NCBI GenBank assembly: GCA_951406725.2
Contig: OX597814.1
Location: forward strand, 95,108,001 to 95,172,000
Source: Octopus vulgaris
Lineage: Eukaryota
Direction: 5' to 3'
DNA: 64,000 nt
In this document: piece by piece, positions 13,621-25,417 of the stretch
How positions within the stretch are numbered: position 1 is the stretch's first letter
Layout: every line of letters starts with the position of its first letter
Notes under the pieces: generated by a model
Told to the model about the DNA's origin: nothing
Databases searched by the model: none
Seen by the model: only the letters and a program-made list of their open reading frames with translations
Made by a program: the position numbers and the translations under genes

Positions 13621-13666
<46 letters not shown>

Positions 13667-13840
13667 TACACACACACACATACAACGGGTTTCTTTCAGT
13701 TTCCATCTATCAAATCTACTCACAAGGCTTTGGTTGATCCGAGGCTATAGTAGAAGACACTTGCACAAGGTGCCACACAGTGGGACTGAGCCCAGAACCA
13801 GGTGGTTGGGAAGCAAGATTCTTGCCACAGCCACACCAAT
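13400..13840 (-). mobile_element. tRNA-derived SINE, family B (internal TA/CA microsatellite)
   Basis: Reverse complement of the copies at 16643, 22383 and 52156. Confidence 0.8.
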
Positions 13841-13909
13841 GTCTAATATATATATATATATTTCATGTTATGCTAAGTAGTTTGTTATAGAAATATATAA
13901 ATTAATAAA

Positions 13910-14280
13910 TTAAACTTGTTGAGCATTGGCCCACACAGAAGCAATGTGGCCAATGCCAGTGTCATGTAACTGGCACCTGTGCTGGTGGCATATAAAAAGC
14001 ACCTTTCAAGCATTGGACATCATAGAGACAATGACAAATGACCAAGACTGTGCTTGAGAAGACCCATCAAACCAAGTGAAATCATAGTCATGGTATGGTT
14101 GTGCTGGTTGCATGTAAAAATGCCAATTACATTCTCAGAGTGGTTGGCATTAGGAAGGGCATCCAGCAATAGAAACAATACCAAATCAGACTGGAGTCTG
14201 ATGTAGCCCCTCAGTTTACCTGCCCTGATCAAACCATCAAACCCATGTTAGCATGGACATAGACATTAAATGATGATAAT
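13910..14280 (+). mobile_element. RTE 3'-end fragment
   Basis: GGAAGGGCATCCAGC motif and TGATGAT tail. Confidence 0.75.
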
Positions 14281-15044
14281 AAATTAAACATAAAAATACA
14301 CACACACACACACAATCAGCTTCTTCCAGTTTCCATCAACCAAATCCACTCACAAGGCTTTGATCAGCCCAGGGCTATAATAGAAAATACTTCTCCAAGG
14401 TGTCACTCAGTGGAACTAAACCTAAAACCATGTGGTTAAAAAGTGAACTAGGAATTAAAATCAAGGGTATCTAAGTGTTCGACAATCTTATCTAAAAATT
14501 TTGATGGTCAAAAAAAAAAAATACAACCTAAGTTCATACAATTCTAATAATCTTTAATATTCTGACCAGAGAGTCAACTTGCCAGCCAGAAGTAAGGCCA
14601 ACAACTCTTACTTATACGCAATTATTAACCTAGTAATGTTTCTTAAGGATCCACTTCACCTGTCTACATAAAACATCTCAATGAAAATTTTACAGAGGAC
14701 ATGCACAATTAACAAGTAATTAACTAAACTTCTGTATTAAATTGTAAGAAACCAAGATACTGGTTAGTGTATTCAATGCTTTTAGAGAGACCAATACCTA
14801 AAGTGAAACAGCAAATAAAAGGTTGCTATATATCTAATAAAGTATCAAACAAATATAAATTCTTTTTTATTTACATTTGACAGATATTTGTCATCTTTGT
14901 TGTTAAAGAAGCAGCACATATGCAAGGACACAACAACCCCCCAAGCTGACTGAGTGTAGATATCAGCAGCATATGGAAACCGGTATTAAGGAAGGATAGG
15001 AAGATATTAAATTTATAAGCCCTAAAATTCACTCCATAATGGCC

Positions 15045-15300
15045 CATGGGCATATAGTGTAGTGGTTAAGAGTGCAGGTTACTAACTCCAAGATTCCAAG
15101 TTTGATTCCAAGCAGTGACCTGAATAATTGAAAAATACCTTAGGAATGAGAACCCAGGTTCAAAATTTACCCAAGACACCTGATGAAGGCTGGCGGGTAT
15201 ATCAGCTGAAACATTGTGTTAACAACAAAGATGAGGACAAATATCCGTCAAATGTAAATAATGTACATAATTCCTCATCTCTTAAATACAGAACTGTATA
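15045..15300 (+). mobile_element. tRNA-headed SINE-like element containing a hammerhead motif
   Basis: A-box TAGTGTAGTGG (15055-15065) and B-box-like GTTTGATTCC (15100-15109), followed by a hammerhead core. Confidence 0.55.
15175..15220 (+). ncRNA. Minimal type I hammerhead ribozyme (Penelope-type), degenerate
   Basis: GACAC-CTGATGA-A-GGCTGG(loop)TCAGCT-GAAA-CATT-GTGTT; stem I is GACAC/GTGTT and stem II is 6 bp. Confidence 0.65.
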
Positions 15301-15556
15301 AAGTTTTTACAGAAAATAAAGTAAATTTCAAACAAAGGATAGCTGTGAAATCAGCCTAGAAAAATTGGGTAAATAAAGACAGAAAAAAGTTACTAGCAAG
15401 CAGCTAGTTTGATTCTTTGTAGCCACCTGCAGGCAACTTTCTTCCATCTTTTAGAGGTATTTAGCCAATTTTTCAAGGTTATTTTTACAGCTGTCCTGCA
15501 TCTGAAGTTTACTATATTTTCTGTAAAATACCAACCCACTCGATGCTTCTAAGTTT

Positions 15557-15875
15557 CATCATTATCATTTAACGTCCATTTTCCATACCGGCATGGGTTG
15601 GATGGTTTGACTGAAAACTGGTAAGCTGGGGAACTGCACCAGGTTCCAATCTGATTTGGCAAAGTTTCTACAGCAGGATGCCCTTCCTAACACCACCCAC
15701 TCCATGATTGTAGTGGATGCTTTTTACATGTCACTAGCACAGGTGCCAGTTATGAAACACCAGCAACAGCCATGACCGCAATCTCAATTGGTTTGACATG
15801 TCTTCTCAAACACAGTATATTGCCAAAGCTCTGAGAAGACTTGTCGAGCCAAGTTAGATCAGTCGTGGCCAATGT
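15557..15875 (-). mobile_element. RTE 3'-end fragment
   Basis: (ATC)n followed by the GGATGCCCTTCC motif. Confidence 0.75.
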
Positions 15876-16642
15876 CAAAATCCAATATGAGAGTTTCCCT
15901 CATGGTAAATAACACAGTACTCTGTGTTCCGACACAACATCCATCCTCAAGTGGGGACAAATACTACCCCTTGGTATTAGTACTGCTTCAGTCGCTAACA
16001 ATTATTTCTCATGTATAATGTATTTTGTATAGTTTATAATATAAGTGAAATTTGTTTATAATAAAGTTTTTAAACTTTAAATTCAGTATAATGTTTATCA
16101 CATGAACTAGTTTTAATTAAGTCATAGAAATGAGGCACAATGGTTCTAAGGATAGAACTGTTGACCAAATAGTGATGAGAGTTCCAAGACAACTGTAATC
16201 AAACATTGCTATTTAGAAAAACACACAACTTTCAGAGAATCTGGTAATAACAAAATCCATCCCTACTTGAGCAGTTACAAATAAGAAAGCTTTTCAGATG
16301 TAACAAAACTCATATATCTTATCATGGTTATGTTGTTAAGAAGGTCACTTTGAAACCACATGGTCTGGATTCGGTCCCACCTTCAGCACTGTAGCCTCAG
16401 GACAACTAATGCTTTGTGAGTAAATTTAGTAGACAGAAAATGTGTGGAAGCCCATCATATGTGTGTGTGTGTGTTTGTACCCCCACTTGACAATTAGAGT
16501 TGGTTTGTTAACATCCCTGTAACTTGATAGTTTGGCAAAAAAGATCCACAAAGTGCCAGGCTTATGAAATAGTACTGGGGTCAATTCCAGTCCAATGACT
16601 AAAACAAGTAAAAGCTAAAAGGCAAAATAGTAAAAATATATA

Positions 16643-17010
16643 GGCACAGGCATGGCTGTAGTAAGAAGCTTGCTTCCCAACAACATGGTTCCAGGATCAG
16701 TCCCAGTGTGGCACCTTGGACATGTATGTTTTATCATAGCTCCGCAACAACCAAAGCCATGTGAGTGGCTTTGGTAGATGGAAACTGAAAGAAGCCCACC
16801 TTGTGTGTGTGTCAGTGTTTATCCCTCCACCACTGTTTGACAACCAGTGTTGGTGTGTTTACATGCCTGTAACTTAGCAATTAGGCAAAAAGAGACAGAT
16901 GGAATAGGTATCAGGCTTTAAAAAAGCTAAGTACTGGGATCGATTCATTCAACTAAAAGTTCTTCAAGGCAGTGCCCCAACATGGCCAGTCTAATGACAA
17001 GTAAAAGATA
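16643..17010 (+). mobile_element. tRNA-derived SINE, family B (a more decayed copy lies at ~16320-16620)
   Basis: GGCACAGG head, CCTTGG core, GGAAACTGAAAGAAGCCC motif and AAGTAAAAG tail. Confidence 0.8.
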
Positions 17011-17086
17011 CAAAAGGATAAAAGATACATAAACAAAGAAAATTTTGTGTGATTAGATCTCCTGAGAGAATCCATGTGATTAGATA

Positions 17087-17092
17087 TTTATT
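17087..17092 (-). promoter_or_regulatory. Candidate PSMB5 polyadenylation signal (AATAAA)
   Basis: First AATAAA on the minus strand after the stop, about 70 nt downstream. Confidence 0.45.
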
Positions 17093-17159
17093 GAGAACAA
17101 CAATCAATTACAGAGAAAAACTATAATGAATTACTGAACACTGTTGTATGAAAAGAAAG

Positions 17160-17272
17160 TTATTTGCTTCTCTGAGTAGCAGCCTTTTCTCTATCAGCTT
17201 CATACTTGTAATGCAAGTCTAATACATTGGTTTGTGATACAAACTCCCAGCCAGTCTTCTTCATGTGATACA
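17160..17272 (-). CDS. PSMB5: PSMB5 exon 7 (LYHMKKTGWEFVSQTNVLDLHYKYEADREKAATQRSK*)
   Basis: CAG acceptor; frame consistent with exon 6; TAA at 17162-17160; total CDS 849 nt, 282 aa. Confidence 0.95.
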
Positions 17273-17574
17273 CTGCAGAAATGAAAGAAAAACACATTTA
17301 TTTAAAGTTACAAACCAATGTAGATGATATATAGATTCGTGGGTTCAGACAAAAAGAGAATATAGAAACTCTTGAATCTGGTACCCACAGGATCAGACAC
17401 TTGCAAAGATACAGAAAATGCTGGATTATCAAAGAATGATGCCTGAGCATTTTCGACAAGTTTTAACTCTTTAGCATTCAGATTACTCCATTAAATTTGA
17501 TGCTTATTTATTCACATTATTTTGAATGAATCATGTATTATCTTGTTGCTTTGAGATTTTGACGGTATTATTGT

Positions 17575-18240
17575 ATGGTCATGTGATGTATATGAACAAG
17601 GATAGCTGTGTAAAGAAATGTTGATCTCTAACTGTGGAGGGGAACCTGTGGAAGAGGTGGACCCAGGAAGACATAGGACAAGATGGTGATGCATGATCTT
17701 CAAACGTTGGGCCTCATGGAGGCAATGACTAGTGACTGAGATATTTGTTGATATGCTGTGCTTGAGAAGACCTGTCAAGCCAAGTGAATTCGTAGTCATG
17801 GCCAATGCTGGTGTCACATAACTAGCACCTATGCTGGCGACATGTAAAAAAACACCTTACAAGCACTGGGCCTCATGAGAACATATGTGGCCAATGCCGG
17901 TGTCGCATAACTAGCACCCATGCCAATGGAACATAGGAAACACTTACCAAGCATTAGGCCTCACAGAGACAATAACAAATGATCGAGACCTTTAGCAATA
18001 TGCTGTGCTTGAAAAGAAGATGCATCAAGCCTAGTGAAACCATAGTCCTGGCAGACACTGGTGTCATGCAACTGGCACCCATGCCCGTGGCACATAAAAA
18101 CACCCATTACAGTGGTTGGCATTAGAAAGGGCATCCAGCCATAGGAACCATGCAAATCAGGCTAGAGTCTGGTGCAGCCCCTTGGCTTACCAGCCCTGGT
18201 CAAACCATCTAATCCATGCCAGCATGGACAACAAATGTTA
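17575..18240 (+). mobile_element. RTE 3' portion in PSMB5 intron 6
   Basis: RGRPRKT-like C-terminal coding remnant followed by the RTE 3' UTR. Confidence 0.8.
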
Positions 18241-18247
18241 ACAAATG

Positions 18248-18459
18248 TTACTAACCCAGCCAAAACCGGCTCTGGCTCTGTGGTAAAATGTCTTGTTTTC
18301 ATAAACTCTAAATTAAAATATTCCACCAAGCCTTAATCACAATTTACCTTCCTAACACTAGCTTAATGATAACTAAGTTATTTTACTAAATTCTTTGTTA
18401 TATTTTAAATAATTGAAACAAACACAGAACATCTCAAAATAAATACAGTAACGAAAGGG
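18248..18459. mobile_element. Truncated TTAA-type (piggyBac-like) MITE
   Basis: Same family as 32479-32699; ends GTAACGAAAGGG|TTAA. Confidence 0.75.
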
Positions 18460-20956
18460 TTAAAGAGTTATATAGCTGTGATGAGCAAGATATATTAGTT
18501 GCACTTGGAGCAGTTAATTTCTTGACATTATCTCCCCTTAGATGGTCTGAGTGCCACTAATGACATGGAATCCAGTACAACCTGTTACATGGTTGGGTTT
18601 TTGGCAACTAAACAGGCATCCCCACTAGGCTTGCCTGATGAGGAAGGTTGCAAGAAACCCAGCAGGACTAAAAACAAAACCTATCCAAAGGACAGATGAA
18701 CCTAGAGCAGGTTCAACGACTATCTAGCAATAGCACAGGCCCTCAAAAATTCTGGGATGGTGTCCAGAATGTTTGAAGACCACCAGGAGCAAGGTACCCC
18801 ATAGCCTTTGTTGAAGCATGTCTCTAGAATCCACTTCAAACCCAGGCTACATCTTAAATAATCGGCAGTGACTTGATCAATGAATCCTCTGTGATGGTGG
18901 ACAATCAATAGCAAGATGAGCTGTAATATATCACACTATCCCAAAGTGTGTATGCATGTGACCAGGGACCACATGTGAACTCATATTGCCATGAAACTCC
19001 AAACATGAGATAAAAGTATATAGTTAGTAAACTAATAAAGGTAGCAAACTGACAGAATCATTAGAACATTCAACAGAATACCTCATAATATCTGCTCCAA
19101 CAATCTGCATGCCGAGTTCAAGTCCTGCAGAGGTCAATTTTACTTTTCTTTTTTTCAGAATCAATAAAAAGTAACAATTCAGGTCGGTGACTTATAGCAC
19201 TTGTTAGAATGTCACACAATATACCTTGTGTTATTTTTTCCAGCCCTTCATGTTCTAAGCACAAAACTGGTACCAAGCTGTGTCAGCCTTAAAGCAGTGG
19301 TCTTTCACTCAGTCAATAATGGTGGTATGAAGAGGGGAGTCATGCATGCATGGGCAACTGTCACCCTTCCACAAAAAAAAAAAAACTTGCCCAGGACTGC
19401 ACAAAGAGGTGCAGACAAAAAGTCATCTCTGATCAATGGAGATAATAGCTATAGTTGGTTAAGACAGTGATGTAAAACAGTATAAATTGTATCTAGTTTT
19501 AAGAGTTCATAAACTAAATATAGACCACTTACACTCACTGGCAAATAATTGAATCTAAATGAAGATGTTGTTATTTATTCTTAGACCAGTCTTGAACAAG
19601 CAAACCTATAATCAAAGGTGTTTCACTCAAGATCATCCCATCATTTTCTTCCTTGATATTATTCAATCAGTTTTTCCTCTTTTAAGATAGTAGTCTAATT
19701 TGAGGAGGGGAATGGGTGCTATTTCTAGCAGATCAAACGACCAAGTAGAGGCTCCCTCGTTAGTTCATGTTTCAATTTAAAGAGGATTACAGTACTTTTT
19801 CATTAAATCTACAGCTACTTGGAATTTAATAGTATATTCTCCCAAAGAGATTTGATCATATTTCAGGCTACTAAAAGTGAAAATTATACACCACCAAATA
19901 TATTATACTAATTCCAACTTGGTACTGTAGAGATATTAGCTTGTCCAAATTTGTGTATTTTACCAAAATGGCCTTTGCAGAGCACAGACTAAATCTAATT
20001 CCCTTGGACTGCAGTTCTCATTGGCTTATACCTTAGTCATTGCATCATGCCCAAGGTACATAACTCTGCTTGTCGCGTTTACAAACTGGTTGTAACAGAT
20101 CAACCACTGAAAGAAATAGCTAATTAAAACCAACTGATCCAAAAAAAAAAACTGTATGAAACATTCAGGGTGGGATGGCAAAAATTAGTCCCAAATAGCA
20201 AATAACAAAAAGATTGCTGTGATATGCTTAGCTGAAAAGTAAGTTTTATTTCTATTTTACAGCTGAAAAGAAAATAGCCAGCTGTAAAACCAGCTAAATC
20301 CATAAAGCACTACAGAAACCTCCTCTACATGGCTATATAACTTGTTAGAAATAGTAGTCAAATCTCCCACAAATCACATCCTGCCATATTAAAAGAGGAA
20401 GTCTTGAATAAACAGATCATCATGCTGTCTGATCATTGTTGACTTGGGGCTACACTCAACAACAGCCATATTCAATCAAAGTGTACCTTCTTAAAATGAA
20501 AAAGGACACTTCAGCTAACAATAAAAAAAATATAGGAATGTTAGGACAAGAAAATGAATACAGGACCTTTTTGCACAATATTCAAGACTGGTCCAGGAAA
20601 GGAAACGTGATGAACAACCCATGACTCAAAGGTTTTCCTCAAACCTGGGCTAAATGCTTGTAATAGACAGTACATTGCTAAAGACATCCAAGAGCCAATT
20701 GGTATTTGATAATTGGCCTCTACGTAAATTCTACCAACCCAATTTTAGTCAGATGGCTTGGATTGATCCAAAGGTATTGTAGAAGATGCTCAAATTACTA
20801 TGTAGTGGAAATGAACTTAGAACCATGTGATTGCAAAGCAAACTTTTAAACCACACAGCCATATGAAAGTGTGTTTAATATGTAATAACATATTTCAATA
20901 CAATGTTATAATAAACAGTGGTAGGCTTAACAACTGCGTATAAAAATAATACTTAC

Positions 20957-21161
20957 AACTGACAATACCACCACTGAAAGCATCTCTGTAAGTAGCATGG
21001 TAAATGGCTCGCTTCCCCAGTTCATATGCTTCCTCTGCTGATAAGTCATACCGGTGGCCACAGTCCATAACACCATAAGCATGAGTGGAACCAGACCCAA
21101 CAGAGAACATTTCATTGCTCATTCGCTCACCATTATTATCAACATAGTACAATCCAGGACC
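20957..21161 (-). CDS. PSMB5: PSMB5 exon 6 ([11 protein letters not shown]...SVGSGS...[10 protein letters not shown])
   Basis: 205 nt; TAG acceptor and GTAAGT donor; GSG and RDxxSGG motifs. Confidence 0.97.
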
Positions 21162-21228
21162 CTAGTCAAAAAGAAAGAAATCATATTGAAAGTAAATAAA
21201 AAAGAATTATACATAATACATAAAAATA

Positions 21229-21553
21229 TCATCATCATCGTTTAACGTCCATTTTCCATACTGGTTTTCCATGCTAGCATAGGTTGGACGGTTCAACCGG
21301 GGTCTGGGAAGCCAGGAGGCTGCACCAGGCTCCAGTCTGATCTGGCAGTGTTTCTACAGCTGAATGCCCTTCCTAATGCCAACCACTCCATGAGTGTAGT
21401 GGGTGCTTTTTACGTGTCACCAGCACAGGTGCCAGGCAAGACTGGCAACGGCCACAATCAGTTGGTGCTTTTTACATGCCACCGGCACGGAAGCCAGTCA
21501 AGGCAGCGCTGGCATCGGCCACGTTCAGATGGTGCTTTTCACGTGCCACCGAC
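21229..21553 (-). mobile_element. RTE 3'-end fragment in PSMB5 intron 5
   Basis: (ATC)n tail and RTE 3' UTR; nearly identical to 22937-23310. Confidence 0.85.
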
Positions 21554-22382
21554 ACATATATGAATAACTGCCAGTAACAATATTCATAGACTGTAAAATA
21601 ATCCTTAAATGAACAAATATATTTTTTCATGTATAATATGCATCTATATATGTAATGCACACCACTAATTATAAACAATGAAATCCTAGAAAAAAAATTG
21701 TCGGTATATAATTCACACACACTTTTCTTTAATGTTATGATGTTTAGAAAAGGAAGTGTTTAGTCAAATTTATTATAATTGCTGTTTAAAATACACTGAA
21801 AATGTTCTCACAGCCTAACTAAAACACAAAGTAAATTCAAAATTCTTTTGAGCTTTACCAATGTAGGCCATAAAAGTGCAACTGCTATGAGATCAACACA
21901 CTCAAAGTTACATAATCATATTTCTATTTCCTAGAAATTTTTTTCTTTTATAACTGTACCTAAATAACTTATTTGATTAATTTTACTATTCAGTTTGTAG
22001 TGATGCACACATTGTCATGCTGTCCTAGAACAAAGTATTTATTGCTTAAGTATGAATTTTTTTAAACTCCACTAAGTCTTTTATGACATTTTTTTAAGTC
22101 TCTACATTTTTCTTGTTTTAAGCATCAGATATTCCAGATATTCACGAGTTAGTAAAAAAATTTTTCTTTTTTTTTTTGATATTTTTAATTTTTCAACTTT
22201 CTTTTTATTGCAATCTTAATAAATTGAAAAGGCATTTTAAGCTTTTTGATACCAACCCACCCAAGACCATCCTTGGTTCTAAGATACAAATTGCCTGCTT
22301 ACCATATTTTGGTTGAAATGTGCTGCTTTTATTTCAATTAGCTTTAAAAATAAAGACTTTAATAAAATAACTTTGATATTAT

Positions 22383-22780
22383 AGGCACAGGTGTAATAGT
22401 GTGGTAAGAAGCTTGTTTTTCAACCACATGGTACCAGGTTCAGTCCCACTGTGTGGCACCTTGAGCAAGTGTCTATTATTATAGCCTTAGGCTGACCAAA
22501 GCCTGGTGAGTGGATTTGGTAGATGGAAACTGAAAGAAGCCTGTTGTATAAATATACTACTGTGTGTATGTGTCTTTTATGTGTTTGTCCCTCACCACTT
22601 GATAACCAGTGTCGGTGTGTTTACATCCCCTTAACTTAGCAGTTCAGCAGAAGAGGCCAGTAGAACAAGTACTAAGCTTTACAAAAAAATCAAGTACTAG
22701 GGTCAGTAAGTTCAACTAAAATTTTTCAGGGCGGTGCCCCAGCATGGCCACGATTTAACAACTGAAATAAGTAAAAGATA
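22383..22780 (+). mobile_element. tRNA-derived SINE, family B
   Basis: Full-length match to the other family B copies. Confidence 0.82.
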
Positions 22781-22936
22781 AAGATTTATATAAGTATAAA
22801 TGGGTGTTTGAAACATAGACTGACATGAAGTTTTGATGGAAGGTCTTGATTTGTAGCATATAACTAAGGTGCTCTCAGACGAGTGAGTAGCAAAAGGGTT
22901 CAAGTAATCTAAATTAAAACCTCTCATTAAAATTTA

Positions 22937-23310
22937 ATCATCATCATCATCGTTTAACATCCGTTTTCCATGCTAGCGTGGATTGGACGGTTTGACCGGG
23001 GTCTGGGAAGCCAGGCGGCTGCACCAGTCTCCAGTCTGATCTGACAGTGTTTCTACAGCTGGATGCCCTTCCTAGCACCAACCACTCCTTGAGTGTAGTG
23101 GGTGCTTTTTACGTGTCACCGGCACAGGTGCCAGGCAAGACTGGCAACGGTGCACAGGTGCCAGGGGAGGCTGGCAACAGCCACAATCGGTTGGTGCTTT
23201 TTAAGTGCCACCAGCACGGAAGCCAGTCACGGCAGCGCTGGCATCGGCCACATTCGGATGGTGCTTTTTACTTGCCACCGGCACAGGTATCACAACTACA
23301 ATTTCCATTT
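22937..23310 (-). mobile_element. RTE 3'-end fragment
   Basis: (ATC)n tail and RTE 3' UTR motifs. Confidence 0.85.
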
Positions 23311-24230
23311 GAATTTTTAATGTTATTTTATATTTACACATATTAGATTAACGATACAAAATTATTTTACTAAATTAATTATTTTCAAAATTAACTGAAA
23401 TAAAAGCAATCTATTTCAACAGAAATATGGTAACAAAAGAGTTCTGTCATAACCTTTCATTACAATATTTCAATTAATCCTGGAAATGATTAAGTATTTA
23501 GTAATATAACTATGTCATTATTTAGCAGATGTATGAAATTTCAATGGACGGTTAAGATCCCTTGAAAACTAGAAGTTTTTAACATAGAACCAGGGATGGT
23601 TTCTGGTGAACTGGAATCAAAAGAGCGTTAAACACCCCATCCAATATTTCATAAGTAATTTTAGAGGAAATAAATTTTGTTGCTATCAAATGTATATAGA
23701 ATTTATTTATAGTATGTGTTTATGTCTACACAAACAAAACAAAACTATTTCACTGTTATCAATCCTCATCAATGTCAATTATATTTTGGAATTAATTCAT
23801 ATCAGCAATTATGAGCAAAATTTTGTTGTAATTAGTTAGACACTGAGCAGATACAGCCGACATATTTCTAAAAATAAAATGAATGTTTGGTACTACTGGC
23901 AAACATACATTCCATGGAATTACTGCTGCCAATTTTCAATAACGAGGACTTAATACAGAATGTAAGCACTTTCATTATCAACAACTTCAGCTTAAAATAT
24001 TTCTGTATTTTCATTAGAAATGTGTAATGGTACCAGTACAGCTGAGTGAGCGAGAAGCCTGCTTCTCAAACACATGGTTTGGGGTTCAGTCACACTATGT
24101 GGCACCTTAGGCAAGTGTCTTATGCTACAAGCCCCAGGCCAACCAAAATTTTGAGTGGATCAAGTACACAGAAACTAAAAGCAGCCCTTTGTGCATTTTA
24201 TATTTTATATAATTTTATATAATTTTAATT

Positions 24231-24720
24231 TCACGCATTGTTTTTGATTTTGCTGACTACACCATATAGTAGGGTCAGTTGGGCGACATCTCTAAAAAAA
24301 ATAGTGCCATGACACAATTCACTCTGCCAGAAATTTGGAAACGACATGCAGTACTGTTTGGCATTCACGACTGAAACTCCAGTACAAACAGATGGTGAAC
24401 ACACAGAACAACCATGTCCCCAAAACATATACCGAGAGTGATAAAAATCAAATATCCAGTCAACATCATAATGTTTAGAGTAATCACTAGTGATGGCAAT
24501 GATATGTCGCCATTCATCTTCCCATACAGCCTCAGACTCAACACAGAGGCCTACATCAAGTGCCTGGATGAGGTGGTGCTGGGTCAAGAGGGTGGCTGCT
24601 GGAAGACCCTATGTCTGGCAACAGGACTCTGCACTATACCACACAAGCAGGAGAACCCAGTAACGGCTGTCAGACAATTTCTGTGACCACAGAATGTAAT
24701 ATTCTGGTCTTCCATACTGT
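24231..24720 (+). mobile_element. Degraded Tc1/mariner (maT/DD37D-like) transposase fragment
   Basis: VITSDGxxMSPFIFP, LRLNTEAYIKCL and WQQDSA-like fragments. Confidence 0.6.
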
Positions 24721-25387
24721 ATGTATGAGCTGCAATTCCATAGGAACCATGCTTTCCAGTTATGCCAAACATTAAATAGTACTAGCACTACTCACTCAGC
24801 TGTTGTAAATGACACCAGTTATCCTACATTTCACATTATATCATTATTACTGTCCTTTATCACTTGCTCTTCCTTATCATCATCATCATTTAATGTCTGT
24901 TTTTCATGCTGGCATGAGTTGGACTTGACAGAAGACCAGGGAGAACACCAGGTTCCATACTCCGTTTTGGCTTGGTTTCTATGGCTGGATGCCCTCCCTA
25001 ACACCAACCATTGGGTGCTTTCTTATGTGGCACCATCACCAGTGTTTTTAAGTGACACCAGTACCAGCACCAGTGTTTTTTTTTTTATGTGGCACCAGCA
25101 ACCACACCAAAGCTTTCACATGGCACCTTGTTTTTAGAATCACAATTCTGTTGTGATGGGCGGGTCTTCCTGAGTAAGGCAATGTGCCACATATCTCAGT
25201 CCTCTGTCATCTCCTCCGTAAGGTTCAGTGTTCCTCTATTTACAGCTAAGAAAAAACAGGGATTTAAGAAACATCCAAGGGCCAGCAGCAGGTATAAGCC
25301 CATGAAGACGTAGGCTGACACTTTCAACTCAGTCATTACACCTTTTGAATTTACAAGTATCAAAAGAAAAAAAAACTTAATATATAC

Positions 25388-25417
25388 CTTTTTGTCCCAT
25401 CCACAAATCATGGTTCC
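25388..25417 (-). CDS. PSMB5: PSMB5 exon 5, 30-nt microexon (GTMICGWDKK)
   Basis: Poly-T tract plus TAG acceptor; GTATAT donor; supplies exactly the beta-5 segment missing between exons 4 and 6. Confidence 0.93.

Noticed and set aside
15045-15115. Functional tRNA gene (also the heads of SINE families A and B)
   Set aside because: Decayed stems and B-box, no clean cloverleaf or T-run terminator; interpreted as SINE heads.
18635-18670. CTGATGA...GAAA hammerhead candidate
   Set aside because: No stem II pairing between the core segments.
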